From Diadema antillarum (taxonomy: Eukaryota): a stretch of 64,000 nt of DNA. The stretch is taken from the NCBI RefSeq assembly GCF_040938485.1, contig NW_027272634.1, positions 1-64,000 on the forward strand, in the 5' to 3' direction. How positions within the stretch are numbered: position 1 is the first letter of the stretch; each line of letters opens with the position of its first letter. Under the pieces are notes generated by a model. That model saw only the letters and a program-made list of their open reading frames with translations, made no database searches and was not told the DNA's origin. Positions 61,792 to 64,000 of the stretch are shown here, in pieces. A program made the translations under genes and the position numbers.

Positions 61792-63387
61792 AAGCATTGT
61801 GATCTTAAACAATTATTCAAAATTCATTTTCACTTTTAAAGCATTGTATTTATGACCACTGAAATCAGATGCATCTTGAATATGACTGTTCCTCTAATCC
61901 AAATAAAGAAAGAGGGAAGAAAGAAAAAATAAACATGTATCTAGAAAAACCAAGAAAATAATCTCAAACACAGCAAATAATCATCTACGATGGTGAATCT
62001 CAACTCACTACAAAGATGAGTATAACACACCAAAATATATCTAAGCTACAACTGTGTTGACCCATTCAATACAGTGTATCCCATACCAAATGGGATATAC
62101 ATGTACAACCATGTACAATGTACCTGGTTATATTCAAGTGATTGCTTGTGATGTAAACACAGAAAATTTAATTGATATGTGATTAATGTCACTTCCTGTC
62201 TCTCAATTAAGAGCGGAAGTCTCATAAATGTTTTGATAATTATTGTTAAGCGGGATACATTACAAGATGAGTCATTTTGAACACTTTTTGATTTATAAGG
62301 GGTATCACATTGCAATTTACACGAAAACTTTGAAATATTGTGCAATCAAAGAAAATTCTATGAACTTCAGTTCTGGAATATTACATTGTATGTTCATTTT
62401 TCAAACTGCAACCAACAGATATTTTTCCATACACATTATTTTTGGAGAAAGATTTTACTATCTTTTTGTACCAAAAACTTCTACTAAATGTTCTTTCCAC
62501 CAAAGGATGGGTGGAACAGAAGGGCCTTGAGGGTTGTGGTTTTGTTATGAAACAACAAAAAGGAAACCTTAATCATGACTCAAGAGTTGTAAAAAGAAAT
62601 ACTGTCTGCATTTCATGTGTGTGCGTGTGTGTGCATCTGTGTGCAAATGTCTGTGTATACACTGCATAATGTGACAAGTTTTGGTGTTTAACTCATACAC
62701 AGCATAAACAGGAGGCTTTGCAAATTTAAAATTCCATACCTGCTATCATCTTTCAAAATCTCAATATAAGAGATGTGCTCATACACTGTACATATATTTG
62801 AAGATATTAATCTAAACCACACTATCGAAATTTGGCCAAAAAACCCACCAAAATCTTTGATTTCCTATCACAAGTTTGTCAGGCAACTAGTTCATCACAT
62901 TGAGTAATATGTTTTACTGTATAGAGTCAACATTGCTTGGTATTACACGAAATGCAATGTGTGCATGACATTAAAAAAAGATAACAAAAAGAATGTATGA
63001 ATAAATGATAACTCATTTTAAAAAAAGAAAGAAAGAAAAAGAGTGAATTCTAGCTCCTTAATCCAGTCCAACTTTCTTCTTATCTTATGAATTCACAATA
63101 AGTGAAAGTGTGAGAATGGGATGTGGGCAGATTTAGAGTCAATACAAGGTCTCGTCTGTAAAAATGGTTGAACTTTTGCTTCACTGTGACGGCAGCTGCG
63201 TGAGATTTTATTGTGTGACTGTGTGCATTGATTTGGTACAGAGATGATGAGATAAAAAAACAAAACAAAAGCGAAGTGCTCATGCAATGTGTAAGAACCA
63301 CTGATCTACATAGGAGGTTGTATCTGGACATCTCATTGGGCCATTTATGCTGTACAAACAAGTGAAGCCGCCGTGGCGCCATCTTAC

Positions 63388-63397
63388 CAGGCACACT
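63388..63397 (-). other. Candidate 10-nt microexon (AGTGTGCCTG, phase 0-1)
   Basis: TTCCCCATAG acceptor, TG|GTAAGA donor. Confidence 0.2.
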
Positions 63398-63624
63398 CTA
63401 TGGGGAATTACACGCATTTTCCAGCAGAGACTGGACAACACCAAGATCACATGATGTCGTGAGCTCTGCACACAAATGAATGGGCAATGTGCATGGTAAG
63501 ATGGCGGCATGGGGGCTTCAAAACAACTGACCAATGAGATATCCAGATATTTCCTCTAGAGATCAGTGGTACGACCGTGTAAAATTTCCTTCTCTCTCTA
63601 TGGCAGCACGTCAACACAACTTAC

Positions 63625-63646
63625 CGATTCCTCTTTCTTGGGTTTA
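63625..63646 (-). other. Candidate 22-nt ferlin microexon (phase 2-0, KPKKEES)
   Basis: GACTAAT branch-like site, CTTTGCTAG acceptor, CG|GTAAGT donor; phase compatible with exon 41472. Confidence 0.3.
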
Positions 63647-64000
63647 CTAGCAAAGATTGATTCACTCTATTAGTCGTATGCAGGGGAGGGGAGAATGGTA
63701 TAGATGTATTGAGTTAAGAATGAAGACGACTCATGAGGTCAGTGCCAACCTATGGCACATAATGATGGATCTCTCTATATTTTTGTTATCAGAGGAGCAC
63801 TATCTATTTCTTTATTCCAAAAGTAGTTACTGTCATGGGTGCATTAAAATTTATAATGGTAATATTAAACAAGAATGAAAATGATACACAGTAATAAGAA
63901 CAATACTTGATAGAGATTACAATAATGATGGTAACATTAGTAAAAATGTGTATAAAGATTTGTTTTTGATAAAACTGTTGACGACAATAATCATATCAAT

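Overview
Eukaryotic, intron-rich, AT-rich DNA with many poly-G/C runs and a Deu-domain SINE; a deuterostome invertebrate, probably an echinoderm (inference). No prokaryotic features. The one solid gene is a type-I ferlin (myoferlin/dysferlin-like) on the minus strand. Twelve consecutive coding exons (41472 down to 15056; 1661 nt, about 553 aa) join in frame with canonical GT-AG sites and encode the DWWSK linker and the last two C2 domains. The expected transmembrane exon is not visible in the 15 kb downstream, which includes one 148-N gap. No recognisable ferlin exon lies in the 22 kb upstream, which instead holds several CpG-rich promoter-like patches and candidate micro or alternative exons. 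Introns are full of non-autonomous DNA transposons: an 8.1-kb TIR element with TAA target duplication and internal satellites, a 368-bp near-perfect palindrome, six copies of a 93-bp TTAA MITE, and Kolobok-, Tc/pogo- and Harbinger-like MITEs, plus two tRNA-derived SINEs. Top leads: (i) a possible internal promoter in the ferlin linker intron with an antisense spliced 85-aa ORF; (ii) candidate linker exons at the dysferlin exon-40a position, including a microexon whose donor could be masked by a 13-bp hairpin; (iii) the missing TM exon; (iv) the giant transposase-less element. All were read by eye and need RNA-seq or database confirmation.
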